From NCBI GenBank assembly GCA_003971905.1, contig RSEE01000010.1:186001-250000 (forward strand): a DNA stretch of 64,000 bases, in the 5' to 3' direction. The stretch's first letter is position 1. Each line of letters begins with the position of its first letter. Both the position numbers and the translations under genes were made by a program. The DNA is from Moniliella sp. 'wahieum'. Its lineage: Eukaryota. Positions 48,906-61,304 of the stretch are shown one piece after another. The notes beneath the pieces were generated by a model that saw only the letters and a program-made list of their open reading frames with translations, was not told the origin of the DNA and ran no database searches.

Positions 48906-49512
48906 GTGGGCTGTGGGCTGTGGGCTGTGGGCAGCAGCTATCCAGGTGCTGTTCCAGGCTATTCCTCGGTTTCGGAGCCTCAAGCCCTCAGGCAGGCTTG
49001 AGAAGTCTCAGCCTGCCAATACTGTCAGGATACTATCGGCATTGTGCATTGCACATCTATGGTTTGGATCTGAGCCCGGCACACGGTTTGCCTGGTGGGA
49101 TATGAGCGCATGGGCATCATCCTTCCCTCATGCATTCTTGCCTCATTAATCTTGGAACCTTCCCCTCCTGCCGTTGTCCCGCCCCGTGCCTGGTCCCTTG
49201 GCATCGATACATCCAGCAGCGCCGACAGGGACGGAGGCCGAGTCCGACCGCAACAAGCACTTGCTCTGTCTCATCAAATTGGACCACTCTCCCGCTGCAG
49301 GCTTCACATTCAGACCTCAGGCTCGGGCCTCAGATCTCTCGGCATCAGATCTCTTCAGAGGTGTCGCATTCCATCATCTCGCAGTCCCTCTGCCCACCAC
49401 ACCACACGAATGGATGAAGCTTGAAGGCAGCAGTGTGGTTGACATTGAGACAAAATGGTGCGTGCCTACGCACGGACCCAACATCTAACCGGCTGGGTTC
49501 TGTTGCTTGCTC

Positions 49513-49521
49513 TATATATAT
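49513..49521 (+). promoter_or_regulatory. Putative TATA box of the ADH gene
   Basis: TATATATAT about 100 bp upstream of the ATG, followed by a CT-rich leader. Confidence 0.55.
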
Positions 49522-49619
49522 CGCGACGTTTCCATCCTCGCTACCCTCTCTCTTCCCAGCAGCTTTGCTACCTCCTCTTCCACCACTACTTTCCCCTTTC
49601 CTTTCCAACCTTTTTCACC

Positions 49620-50775
49620 ATGGCCGACATTCGCGAGCAGCAGCTCGAGGTCCCCACCTCGGCCACCAAGGCTGTCTTTGACAAAGTCGGTGGTCCCATC
49701 AAGTTCGTCACGTACGACCCCAGCAAGATCGAGCTCAAGCCAGGCGAGGTGCTGGTGCGCATTACCTACACTGGTGTCTGCCACACGTACGTCCTTTCTT
49801 CTTATCCAGGTTCTCTGAGGAATACGAGCTAACATGGATATTAGTGACTTGCATGCCATGCTCGGCGACTGGCCCTTGCCTACCAAACTCGAAGCGACGG
49901 GAGAGCCGCTGGTCGGCGGCCACGAGGGCGCAGGTGTAGTGGTCAAACTTGGCACGGGCTCGGAAGAGTGGATCCAAAAGGGAGCTCGTGTGGGCATCAA
50001 GTGGGTCGCCTCGGCCTGCCTTAACTGCGATTACTGCCGTGTGGGCTTTGAGCCGAACTGCATTCACCTCGAGAACTCGGGGTACACGGTCGATGGCACG
50101 TTCCAGCAGTACGTTGTGGCGCCTGCCAAGTACGTCACGCCCATCCCCGACTCTCTTGCTCTGATTGACGCTGCGCCTATCCTATGCGCTGGCGTGACAA
50201 TCTACCGTGCTCTTCTCGAGGCCCACTTGGCCGTCGGCGACTGGGTTGTCCTGCCCGGTGCCGGTGGAGGACTGGGCCACTTGGGTGTGCAGTACGCTGC
50301 CGCGATGGGCTTCCGCGTGATTGGGATTGACACGGGCGCCGAGAAGAAGGCGCTGGTGGAGCAGCTCGGGGCTGATGCGTGGATTGACTTCCGCGAATGC
50401 AAGGATATTGTGGCTGAGGTGAAGCGGATCACTGGCGGGCTCGGTGCCCACGCTTCCGTCGTGGCTGCTGCGTCGGAAGCGGCTTACACGCAAGGTTTGG
50501 CCTACCTGCGCCCGCGCGGCACCTTGGTCGCCGTCGGCATGCCTCCCGGCACCTTCATCAAGGCTGATGTGTTCGACACGACCGTCACTGCCAAGCGGAT
50601 CGTCGGTTCCATCGTGGGCAACCGGGAAGATGCCATCGAAGCTCTCCGTCTTGCCGAGCGGGGTAAGGTTAAGGTCATTTACCACACCCGTGGCCTGTCT
50701 CAGCTCAACGAGGTGTACGCCGAGATGCACGAGGGCAAGCTCGCCGGCCGTATTGTCCTCGATGTCGACAAGTAA
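49620..50775 (+). CDS. ADH: Zinc-dependent alcohol dehydrogenase (yeast Adh1-type MDR); exons 49620-49786 and 49845-50775
   Basis: GVCHT|DLHA, GHEGAG, structural zinc CLNCDYC..C, APILCAGVT, GAGGGLG, C-terminal GRIVLD; canonical 58-nt intron. Confidence 0.95.
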
Positions 50776-52498
50776 ACTCGCTCACCCCCTATACGAAAAC
50801 CTATGTTTTCCAATACCCCCCTTCTCGTATTATCAATGAAAATGATGTCGTGCTTCCTCACACAATGTAATGTAGTCCCGGAGTTTGCAAAAGGCTTTTA
50901 CTGGTTGGGGGACGCTTCCACAATGAATGAAGTAGTTGAAGGCTCTTTCTCAGCTGTCAAGAACATACAGATCGATAGGCAATACCCGCCGGCAGCAGTG
51001 TTTATATATGGAGGGCGATTTGCAGCTGGAAGAACATTTTTCCGAATTATCAGGAAACAGAGAGCAGGGCTGCCAGGATAGAGCACTTGCCCCCGCTTCT
51101 GTCATACTGTGCTGGAAGGAGAGAACCGTCTTCAAAAGGGAGAGGTAGATTACACCACAGTTTCGCGACATATATGTTGCTTCGGTAGACCGAGAGACCA
51201 ATCAGGAAAAAGACTGAAAACCCCTCGAGAGACTTTAATTGTTACATTGCGCAATCTTTTTGTTGTATGAGAAACATCTCAACTTTCTCGAGAGAGAGAA
51301 GAGAAAGAACCTACTTGGCTAGATGTGGGAATTTTACCAGTTGACATTATAGTGAGAGAGGAAACGCGGTGAGGAGTATCTCTCGCTGTGGTGTTATAGA
51401 TCTTAGAGGTGGTTTTCATGCACACTGCGGTCGACTACCGCATATACTAATCCACTCGCGCTGATTCTGATGGAGACGAATGATTAATGGGGCGGTGGGC
51501 GAACTGGAGCAAACGCCAGATGAGCGCCTGTGGACCAGGCCGGTGGACAAGCGTTTTCCTCTCTGTCCCTCTGTGTTGAGAGGGTTTACGCGGTTTACGA
51601 CCGGCATCGAGCGGATTTTAACATTTCATCACTCCCTGGTCGGAAGACGTGCTCATAACGTATGCTGCTCTGCAGAACACGCGAAGGAGACGGCGGCGGC
51701 AGCGAAAGCGCTAAAGAAAGCTAGTCCCTACTGACTAGCGACTAGTGAAGCTTGAAGCTTGAAGGTAGTAAACGCGTGAACCAAGTCACTAGACATCATG
51801 CATCATGCATCACTGGTCAGTTGAACACGTAGCATCCGTTCAACGTTCAACTGAACGTTCAGTAACATCGCAATGCAACTTTCCCAGGCTCCTCTGCCCA
51901 GGCGCCCCGGCACGCCACCACTCCTGACATGCATGATGCATGCATGACATGGCGACGACGATTAACGAAAACGATTAACGATGGCGCATCTGACGCACGT
52001 GACGAAACCGATACGAGGGCTCGACGTGCTCGCTACATAATTGGATGTGGCACGGGGGCACTGTCTGCTCTACCGGTGCAAATTAGACCGAGACAGTGAG
52101 AATACCGTGTGGCTGGATGTCGCGTGCCCCCAAGAGAACTTCACCATTTGGGGGTGGCCTTGGAAGCCCCACAAGACAAGCGGGAGAGCTCCCGAGCCCT
52201 CAGATCCGCATAGGTATACGAGGTATACGTTCAATACGTTCAGCGAGCACGGCATCTTGGCATCCGGTAGTTGACACGCCACGATAGTACTACCAGACCA
52301 TTATCTGTTTGAAAGAAGGTTAGCCTCACGCTGTTACCAAACTCATCGAGCAGCGGTGCTGATAAGGAGTTCTTCCCAAGCACTGGACATCCCTTTTATA
52401 TAGTAGCCCCCTTATTTCGCCATTCAAATCCCACGTTGGACCGTTGAACATCTCTCACCTTTTGCATCGCCACCACCAAGACTTGTATTACCCACAAC

Positions 52499-53425
52499 AT
52501 GCACCTCTCTGTCCTGGCCGACGCGGACGGAATTCCCAAGGGCTACTCGAATGGGAGTGTGAACCCGCCTTTTCTCGAAGCTGTCCTTGATGAGACGCCC
52601 AAACCGATCCTTGCCCGGCTCCCATGGGGGTACCAAGGGGGCGGGTGGGCCGAAGAGGAAGAAGGGTACGAGTCGGAGCCTGAGGAATCAACGGACACTA
52701 CTGCGCCTAGTGACGAGGAGATCTCTACACCAATAAAGGAAGAGTTTGGGCACATTGCTGTGCAGCCTCAAGGCTACCTCATCCATCGTTCCAGACAAGG
52801 CGTGTTGTACACTCGGTCCCGCTTACCGCACCTGGGACCGACCCATGCTCAAGCGACACATGCCTTGTGGCAGGCGCTTCACGCATTCCGTCCCATCGTC
52901 CCCCCCAACCAGGTTGCCGCAGGATTTTGGAAGTCCCTCGCACCAGATACGAACGGAACCAGTACGCTCGACCATCTCCGCCGCTCATTCAACTGGAGCC
53001 AGTTGCGACTTCCGCCAGAAGCAGAGGGAACATGGTATGGTGTGGCTTTCCGTTCTGCCCGTTCTCGTTCACCCGTATCCGCCATCAATCAGGAGGACGC
53101 ACTTGAGGCTGTCACCGCAGCCAAAGTGACGGCGCAGTTGTACGCCGCCGACCGGGCAGCGCACGAAGAAGCGGTCGAGGCAGGAGGGTTGATCTTGTAC
53201 TGGTACGCAGTTCCAACTGATCAAGGGGAGAACTTAGCTACTTGTATTTGGACCGACCGGGCATCGGCCCGTGCTGCCTCGCGACTCCCCGCTCATCGGC
53301 AAGCCACGGCGGTGGCCGCACAGGCGTTCGCCTCCTTTGCCATTACCCGTTATGCCGTCCACAAGCGTCCGGGTGAGATGGGGGTGAGAGTTGAGGCATG
53401 GACCGAGGAGCAGACTCAGTCTTGA
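52499..53425 (+). CDS. UPF0643-like fungal protein; the true start may lie upstream (~51980)
   Basis: C-terminal WYGVAFRS..LYAADRAAHEEAVEAGGLILYWY..NLATCIW..R..A..AS..PAH matches the family as recalled. Protein-like frameshifted segments lie at 51981-52490. Confidence 0.7.
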   Translation: MHLSVLADADGIPKGYSNGSVNPPFLEAVLDETPKPILARLPWGYQGGGWAEEEEGYESEPEESTDTTAPSDEEISTPIKEEFGHIAVQPQGYLIHRSRQGVLYTRSRLPHLGPTHAQATHALWQALHAFRPIVPPNQVAAGFWKSLAPDTNGTSTLDHLRRSFNWSQLRLPPEAEGTWYGVAFRSARSRSPVSAINQEDALEAVTAAKVTAQLYAADRAAHEEAVEAGGLILYWYAVPTDQGENLATCIWTDRASARAASRLPAHRQATAVAAQAFASFAITRYAVHKRPGEMGVRVEAWTEEQTQS

Positions 53426-54757
53426 AAAGCATCCTTTCTTGATACCCTAGACCCACTCTGTAGGCTGATCGCCGGGGGTATTTTCAGGAAACGTCGTTCT
53501 CAGATTCTCAGATCTGAGCCTCAGATCTCCGATTTCACCTGTCACCGCTTGGGTATATTCGTTGCGGGCACAGTCGATCACTAATCCTTGCTCTCTCTCC
53601 CTGCGTCCCACCCTCCGAGTATCCTCAGTATTACTGAGCTCAGTGGATACTGTGACTACTACGTGACCGGGTGACCTCACTAAGTACTCTATTCCCTTAA
53701 GCATGTGGTCGGGCAGCTGTCCCATGTCCTCCCGCAAGCCCAGAGTTGGGGTGGTTTGCAATCACTATTCAATGTGCACGCGTACATACCACCGCGTTCG
53801 AAATTGCCTCTTTCAGTTGCAGGCGAAAATGGCAGCCGGTACATCCACACAGAGGAATCCTGGATTTCGGGTTTCGTTTTCTGTTGTCTTTTCTCCCCCA
53901 ATAACTCACTAGCCACTAGTTCCGCTAGGAGCTCTACTACGATGGCCTTGGGTGTGGTTGTCTACTTGCGACGGCGTCCAACCGGTCTAGATGGGCACAC
54001 GTGTGTCCGTGTGGATCGAGGGTGTCACAGAGAGTGCGAGCCCAGGTACTCTGCTGCCCAGAACTTGCACCGATGATCGATCGAGATGATTGATGAGCGC
54101 CAAGTCACGTGGGCTGTGACATGCAGACGTGTGTGACCATGTGACATGTGACAGAAAACGGCGGTCAGGAGATGGTGTGTGCCAGTGCCTGCAGCATCCG
54201 GCGTGGCAGTCACCGGTCACCTCTATTACATTCGCATGTGCCAAGTGCCGGCGAACGCAGGCGGGCACTGCGCAGCAGTCAGGCTGACTATGCTGCATTC
54301 GCCGCACTAACCGGTAACCCTTGCATCCCGCATGTGGATCATGCATGGCAGATCACAGCTCACCGGCCATCCCGCATCGGCATGCTGCATGCCGCCCGCC
54401 ACCTGCGGCAGCCTCCCAGCGGGCGGGCTGGCACGCCTCGCGCAGTGGCAGTGTGGGACACACACTGCCCGCGCACTGGGTGGTCGGAGTTGGTACGTAC
54501 CACTTGCCCCCTGCGTCGCCCTGCTGCAGGCTGCGGCTGGCCTTGGCTGCTGGGCCCTCGCAGGCTAGGCCTAGCTCAGCTCAGCGACTCCGGGTTGCGT
54601 CCTCCCGTGCGCGTTCAACGTTCAACGTTCAGGGGGCCCAGCCGCCGCTCCACCAGCACCACCACCGCCGCCTCAGACGCCGCCGCGGCCACCCCCACCC
54701 CCACCCCCACCGTCTCTGCTGCGCCGGCACTGGACCGCGCCGCGTCCTGGCTGTGTC

Positions 54758-57700
54758 ATGGCGTCTGCCACTCTGCCTGCTGCTCCTGCGCCGCCCGCGC
54801 CCGCCTCCCTGCCCGCCCTCGACGCGGCAGCTGCCAGCGCCTTCATCGACCACCTCGTCCAACTCACCTCCTCCCTCGCTGCTTCCTCTGGCTCCCCCAC
54901 AGCCACCGCCAGACCATCTGCCACTGCCTCTGCTTCTGCGTCGACCGCATGGCCCCGCTTTGCTCCGCCGGATCATCCCCGCGACAGCCGCACCGAGGTT
55001 GTCGAGAACAACATCCACGCCCTCTATGCCCGTCTGCTCGCTGCCGAGGCCGCCCAACCTTCTGGTGCGCCTGCGGCCATCGTCACCACCGCACTTTCTT
55101 CGCCGCACGGCACGGCCAACAACCCCTCTAACATCGTGCCTTCGCCCACCTCTTCAGTGGGCGCTGGATCCAAGCCGACTACTTCGGCCTCATCCTCCTT
55201 GCCTCGCCGCCTCTCTTCTCGCACTACATCGCGGGACACTTTGATCCCAACTTCCTCCTCCACCATGGCTACGGGTGGGATGACCAGCCATGTATCGTCC
55301 CCGACGGTCATTGGGGCCAGCCCGTTGGTATCCTCCAGTACCAGTGGTCTACGTTGCAAATCGTGTGGCCGTCCGTTATCGTCGGGCCTGCCTTACTCTG
55401 TATCCCGTGCTCCGCCTCAGAGCGAAGAGTTCCCCCTTTCGTACCCCCTTGGAATGGGGCCGGATGGCACACCCGTCCTACTGGCCGGCGGTGTGCGTCG
55501 GCGGAAACGACGCACTCGCTCTAGCAATACGCGTGATGGCGACTCGGAGCTCGATCCCAGTGGCGGGGCAGAAGACGATACGTCACGTCATTTGGACGAG
55601 TACGAGTGGGAGTACGATCTTCCTCGTCCTGCCTCGTCCAACTCGGTCGGGCCTATCTCGAGTACATCGGCCGCACAGCGCAGGAAACGTAGGTCTGACA
55701 GTACCTGGTCCGCTGGTCCAGGGTCTAGTGCTGGCTTATCCGCTGCCGCGGCGCTGCGCCGGACCGTCACCCCGATCTCAACACATGCTACTACGGGGGA
55801 GGAAGAACGGGAAGGAGGAGGTGGTCTGTCAGATTCGGCGTCCCATTCCACCTTGTCGGACTTGGACGAAGATGGTGACCTGATCGCGGATCCGATTGAA
55901 GCGTTTGGCGCTTTTGAGCGGTACTCGGATGAGTCGGGATTGTCGGCGCAAGAAGAACTGCGACTGCTCAAGGCACAGGTGCAAGACATTGCTCGGGTGT
56001 GCAAGGTATGTATTTTCCATCTTCTCGTCGCATGCACGTGTGTTAACTTGGTCCCTCCTTTCCAGGCTGTCGCTTTTGGTGATCTCTCCCAACACATCAC
56101 TGTCCCGGTTCAAGGCCATGTGATGGTCGAGTTGAAGGACATTATCAACCAGATGGTGGACACTCTATCTGAATTTGCCACCGATGTGACTCGCGTATCG
56201 CTGGAAGTCGGTACGGAAGGGAAACTGGGCGGCCAAGTGCAAACGGTCGGCGTTCAAGGCCGATGGAAGGAACTCAAGGGCGTGGTGAACAAATTAGCTA
56301 TGAATCTGACTGAGCAAGTACGCGGGGTAGCAACAGTGACCAAAGCTGTTGCTCGCGGCGACCTATCCAAAAAGATTGAGGTTGAGGCCGATGGAGAGAT
56401 TCTGGAGCTCAAGGTGACGATCAATGTGATGGTGGACCAACTGCGTCACTTTGCCAATGAGGTGACACGAGTGTCTCGTGAGGTTGGCTCCAAAGGTCAA
56501 CTGGGCGGACAAGCCTACGTACCTGGTGTGCAAGGTGTGTGGAAAGAGTTGACGATCAATGTGAACCGTATGTGTTCCAACTTGACGGAACAAGTGCGAT
56601 CGATCGGGATGGTGACGACCGCTGTGGCCCGGGGAGACCTGACCCGGATCATTGACATTGAGGCGGAGGGAGAGATGTTGACGCTCAAGGAGACGGTCAA
56701 CTCGATGGTGGCCCAACTGCGCGTGTTTGCGTCGGAAGTGGTGCGCATGTCGATGGAGGTCGGGACCTACGGCAAGCTGGGGGGGCAAGCGCATGTTCCC
56801 AAAGCCGAAGGAACCTGGAAAGATTTGACGGAAAGCGTCAACAAGATGGCAGACAACTTGACGTCCCAAGTGCGCGAGATTGCCCAGGTGACCAAATGTG
56901 TGGCCGAGGGGGTCCTGACGCAGTACATCAACGTCGATGCCAAAGGTGAGATTCTCGATCTCAAGCTCACTGTCAACAACATGGTCCGGCAACTCAAGAC
57001 GTTGTCCGATGAGATCATCCGCGTCTCGGTCGAAGTCGGTACCGAGGGCCAGCTTGGTGGCCAGGCGAACATTTTGGGTGTCAAGGGCCAGTGGCAAGTT
57101 TTGTCCGATGCAGTCAATGTGATGGCGTTCAATCTAACGTCGCAAGTGCGATCGATTGCTGAGGTCACCACGGCTGTCGCACGTGGGGACCTTAGCAAGA
57201 CGATCAATGCTGAGGCGCGTGGGGAGATTCGCGATCTAAAGCTCACTGTCAATGCCATGGTCAAGTTCCTGCGCACCTTCTCAACCGAAGTGACGCGCGT
57301 GGCCCGTGAAGTGGGAACGGAGGGTCGCTTGGGTGGCTATGCGACTGTCTCGGGTGTCGGAGGGACGTGGAAAGACCTGACCGAGTCGGTCAACACAATG
57401 GCCGGAAACCTGACGTTACAAGTACGCACCATTGCGCATGCCACTACGGCTGTCGCGCGTGGCGATTTGTCCCAGAAGGTCACCATCTCTGTTTCGGGGG
57501 AGATGTTGGACTTGGTGAACACGATCAACAATATGATTGACCAGCTGTCGTTCTTTGCTTCGGAAGTGACCCGTGTCGCTCGTGAGGTCGGCACCGAAGG
57601 TCGATTGGGTGGACGTGCACAAAAAGGACGCCAAGGGCAAATGGGCCGAGATCACGGACAATGTGAACCAGATGGCAGGCAACTTGACGTCGCAGGTGCG

Positions 57701-60036
57701 TGCGTTTGCTCAAATCACAGCCGCTGCGACCGATGGCGACTTTTCTCGGTTTGTCACGGTGGAAGCGTCAGGAGAGATGGACTCGCTCAAGACCAAAATC
57801 AACCAGATGGTGTTCAGTCTGCGCGACTCGATTCAGAAGAATACCGCGGCAAGGGAAGCGGCCGAGCTGGCGAATCGGTCCAAGTCGGAGTTCTTGGCCA
57901 ACATGTCCCATGAAATTCGGACTCCCATGAACGGCATTATTGGCATGACAGCCTTGACCCTCGAAACGGATCTGACGCGCAACCAGAAGGAGAACTTATT
58001 GACGGTCTCGAGCCTGGCAGGGAATCTGTTGGCGATTATCGACGACATTTTGGATATTTCCAAGATTGAGGCCGGCCGGATGACTGTTGAGGAGATCCCA
58101 TTCTCTCTCCGTGGCATTGTGTTTACCATTCTCAAGACGCTTTCCGTGCGGGCGACGCAAAAGAAGTTGAATCTGTTGTATGAAGTGGCGCGCAACTGTC
58201 CCGATGCATTGATTGGAGATGCTCTGCGGCTGAAACAGATCATCACCAACCTCATTGGCAATGCGGTCAAGTTTACCGAAGCAGGCGGCCACGTCTCGCT
58301 GAAATGTCGGTTGGCAGAGATGATTAGCGAGGACGAGTGCAAGCTCGAATTTTGTGCTTCGGATTCGGGCATTGGGATCAAGCCCGAAAAACTCGACTTG
58401 ATCTTTGATACGTTTTGCCAGGCCGATGGCTCCACAACACGCAAGTATGGTGGCACAGGCTTGGGGCTTAGCATTTCCCGCCGACTTGTGAATCTGATGG
58501 GGGGTGACCTTTGGGTCGAATCCGAGTACGGTAAGGGCTCCAACTTCTACTTTACTATGGTCGTCAAGCTCGACCACCGTCTTCGCGATCCGCAGATCCT
58601 GGCTCAGAAAGTCAAGCCTTATCGCGGCCGTCACATTTTCTTCCTCGATACGCTCCACGACCCAACGGGGGTGGAAAAGATGCTGGTTGACCTGGGCTTC
58701 AAGCCGATCACGTGTCATTCGGTAGAAGAAGCGCGTGCGATGACCTTCTCTTCCGACCAGGCCGGGTCCAGACGACGAATTGGCGTGGGCGCAGGGGCCA
58801 GTGTAGGAACGATGCCGTCGGATTCGTTGCAGAGCACTGGTCCTTCCCAGAACCAGAACTACTTTTCCTACGACTCGGAGTACGATCCGCGCTACTCGTC
58901 CGGCTACGATCCTCGCTACTCGTCCGGTTTCGGTCGGTACTCTTCTGGCTACGGCTGGTCGGGGGGGTACGATATATCGGAATACGGCGCGGGAGCTCCA
59001 CCTGCGCCTGCGGTGCCCCCTGCGTCAGGAACTGAGGTGGGGAGCTTGCCCGGTACGCCTGTGGCTGCGGACTGCTCTGTTTCTACCGTCGCCAAACGAT
59101 CTACAGACGGGAACAAAAAGAAGACAGATGCGCTGCCGCGGATCGACGTGATCCTCATCGATTCCATTGCGGCGGTGGAAGAACTGAGGACAGTGGAACA
59201 TCTTCGGTACATTCCACTCAACCTACTCACTCCCCAGGTAGAGACGCTGAACATGACCTACTGCCTGGACCAAGGTATCGCTTCCTGTTCCACCACGCCG
59301 ATGGAGCCGGGCGACCTGTTCCTCACGCTCCTTCCCTCCTTGGAGTCCTCAACCATTGCGCCTGTTGAGGGGGGCTCAGAGACGTCGTACGACATTCTGC
59401 TGGCAGAGGACAATGTGGTGAACCAGAAGCTTGCTTGCAAGATCCTCCAAAACCAAGGGCATCAGATTGATGTGGTGTCGAACGGTGCGGAGGGCGGTGG
59501 CGGCGCGGCAGGGCGCTAAACAGTTTGATGTGATCCTGATGGATGTTTCGATGCCTGTCATGGGCGGCATCGACGCGACGACGGCAATCCGGGCATGGGA
59601 GGCGGAAACAAAGCAACCTCCCGTTCCAATTGTGGCTCTGACGGCACATGCGATGTTGGGTGATAAAGGTGCGTACTCCCATCCATCCATCCATCCATCC
59701 ATCCAAGATGATCGATGACTGGCCGTGTTTGTCAGTCTCAATGGCGTACGAGTGGGAACTGACCTTGGCTTGTGGGCAGAAAAATGTTTGGAGGCTGGGA
59801 TGAACGCGTACGTGTCCAAGCCCATCCGGAAACGCGAGTTGGGCGCAACGCTTCATTCTCTTTTGGCAGGCAAGAAGGCTGCTGCAGCAGCAGCGGCGCG
59901 GGGGATTACGGCCGGGGTCGGCCCGGCCGGGTCGGTATCAGCAACCCTGTCCAAGGCACTCAACTCGACGGCAGTGTCTGAAGCGGTCGCAATGGCGGCG
60001 ACGACGGCATTGTCGTCCAACCCATCTGCGCTATAA
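54758..60036 (+). CDS. NIK1: Group III hybrid histidine kinase (Nik1/Os-1/Tco1 type); introns 56006-56065 and 59669-59779; two apparent frameshifts (~57620, ~59490)
   Basis: Six full ~92-aa HAMP repeats (VARGDL..EVGTEG.LGG..W..L...VN.MA.NLT.QVR) plus a truncated seventh; H-box [17 protein letters not shown]1, F and G2 boxes ([28 protein letters not shown]); receiver AEDN...LMDVSMP...LTAHA...SKP. Confidence 0.95.
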
Positions 60037-61304
60037 GGTGCAGGAGTCCAAGATGGAGAGGGGGTTGAACGTTGACCGTTGACCGTTGATGGCATTTGTT
60101 TGTTTGCTGGTGTTTTGTGCGCTTGTTGTACTGCTCTTGTGCTTGCTCGCTTCTTGCTGTGGCATGTGACATGTGACATGGGATCTGGGGCCCGGAGGCC
60201 CCACCGGTTTGGTTTGGTATCTGCCCGCCCACACTGTCTGTCCAGACCCTGATGGGGCCGCGCCCGCGTGGGCCCCCCTCTGGACTTGGCCTCTCCTCAA
60301 CCGCATCTGCCCCGACCGCAGTGGGGAGGCTATGTACTATGTACTTGTACCCCTGCTCCCGCTCCCGCAAGGCGGGGTGGCGGCATGTCTATCGTGCCTT
60401 GCTGGTTACCGGTTCTGACGCACTCTGTCGATGGGCCCCTGGGACGTTTTGTTGCGACGCACCTGGTCGTATATGAAGATGATGACCGTGTATAATGGAG
60501 TTCTACCAGGGCTGGCTGGCTTTTGCCTTTGCCTGGGCGTGGGTGTGGGTGGTATAGATGGGAGACGGTGCAGAAGCACTGGTAGTTGTTTTGCTGTGCG
60601 TTCTGTGTATCGCCAAGTCGCTTGTCGATTGGGCCTTCGCAGATGGGCGATGCGGGGATGTCACGTGCACGGGCGGGACCCGGCACTCGCTTTCACCCGT
60701 TCCGTCCGCACTGCGGCTGCCCCCGGCCTGGGCCTCGGCGGCGCCCGGGACTGGGCAGCCGGGCCGGGGCCAGCCGGGGCGTGGCGCATGCATGCAGCAT
60801 GCAGCATGGGGCGCAAGGGAGCGCACAACGCATGCATGCACTCTGCAGGGGGCAGCGTCGCGCTCCGCCCAGCCGCCGGGCGCACGCAGGGACACGGGCG
60901 CCATGCCCGCGTGGCAGATGCACGAACGCATGTCGTCCGCCTGGGCCCGGTTGTGAGCGCAGAGTGGGCTCGTGCGGGGAAGACAGCCCCCGTCCGCCAC
61001 GCCCGGCTGGGGGCTGGGGCAGCGCGGGGCCAGCGCGGGGGCAGTGTGCGCCTGCCCGGGGCGGCTCCGTGCGTCCGGTCCGTGCGCCTGGGCGCTGCCC
61101 GCTTGCGCCGCCCTGCCCCCGCCTGCTTGCCGCACGGCGCTGCCCTCGGCTGGCGCGCTGCCACGCTCCCACACCGCCCCCCAGCCCAGTCAAAACCCCC
61201 GCTCTGCCCTGGCTTCGTTCGTCTTCCGCTCTCGTCTTCTCCCCCACCACCACCACCCCCCCGACTCCCACTTCCACTTCCACCCCCCCCCCACCACCAC
61301 AGCC

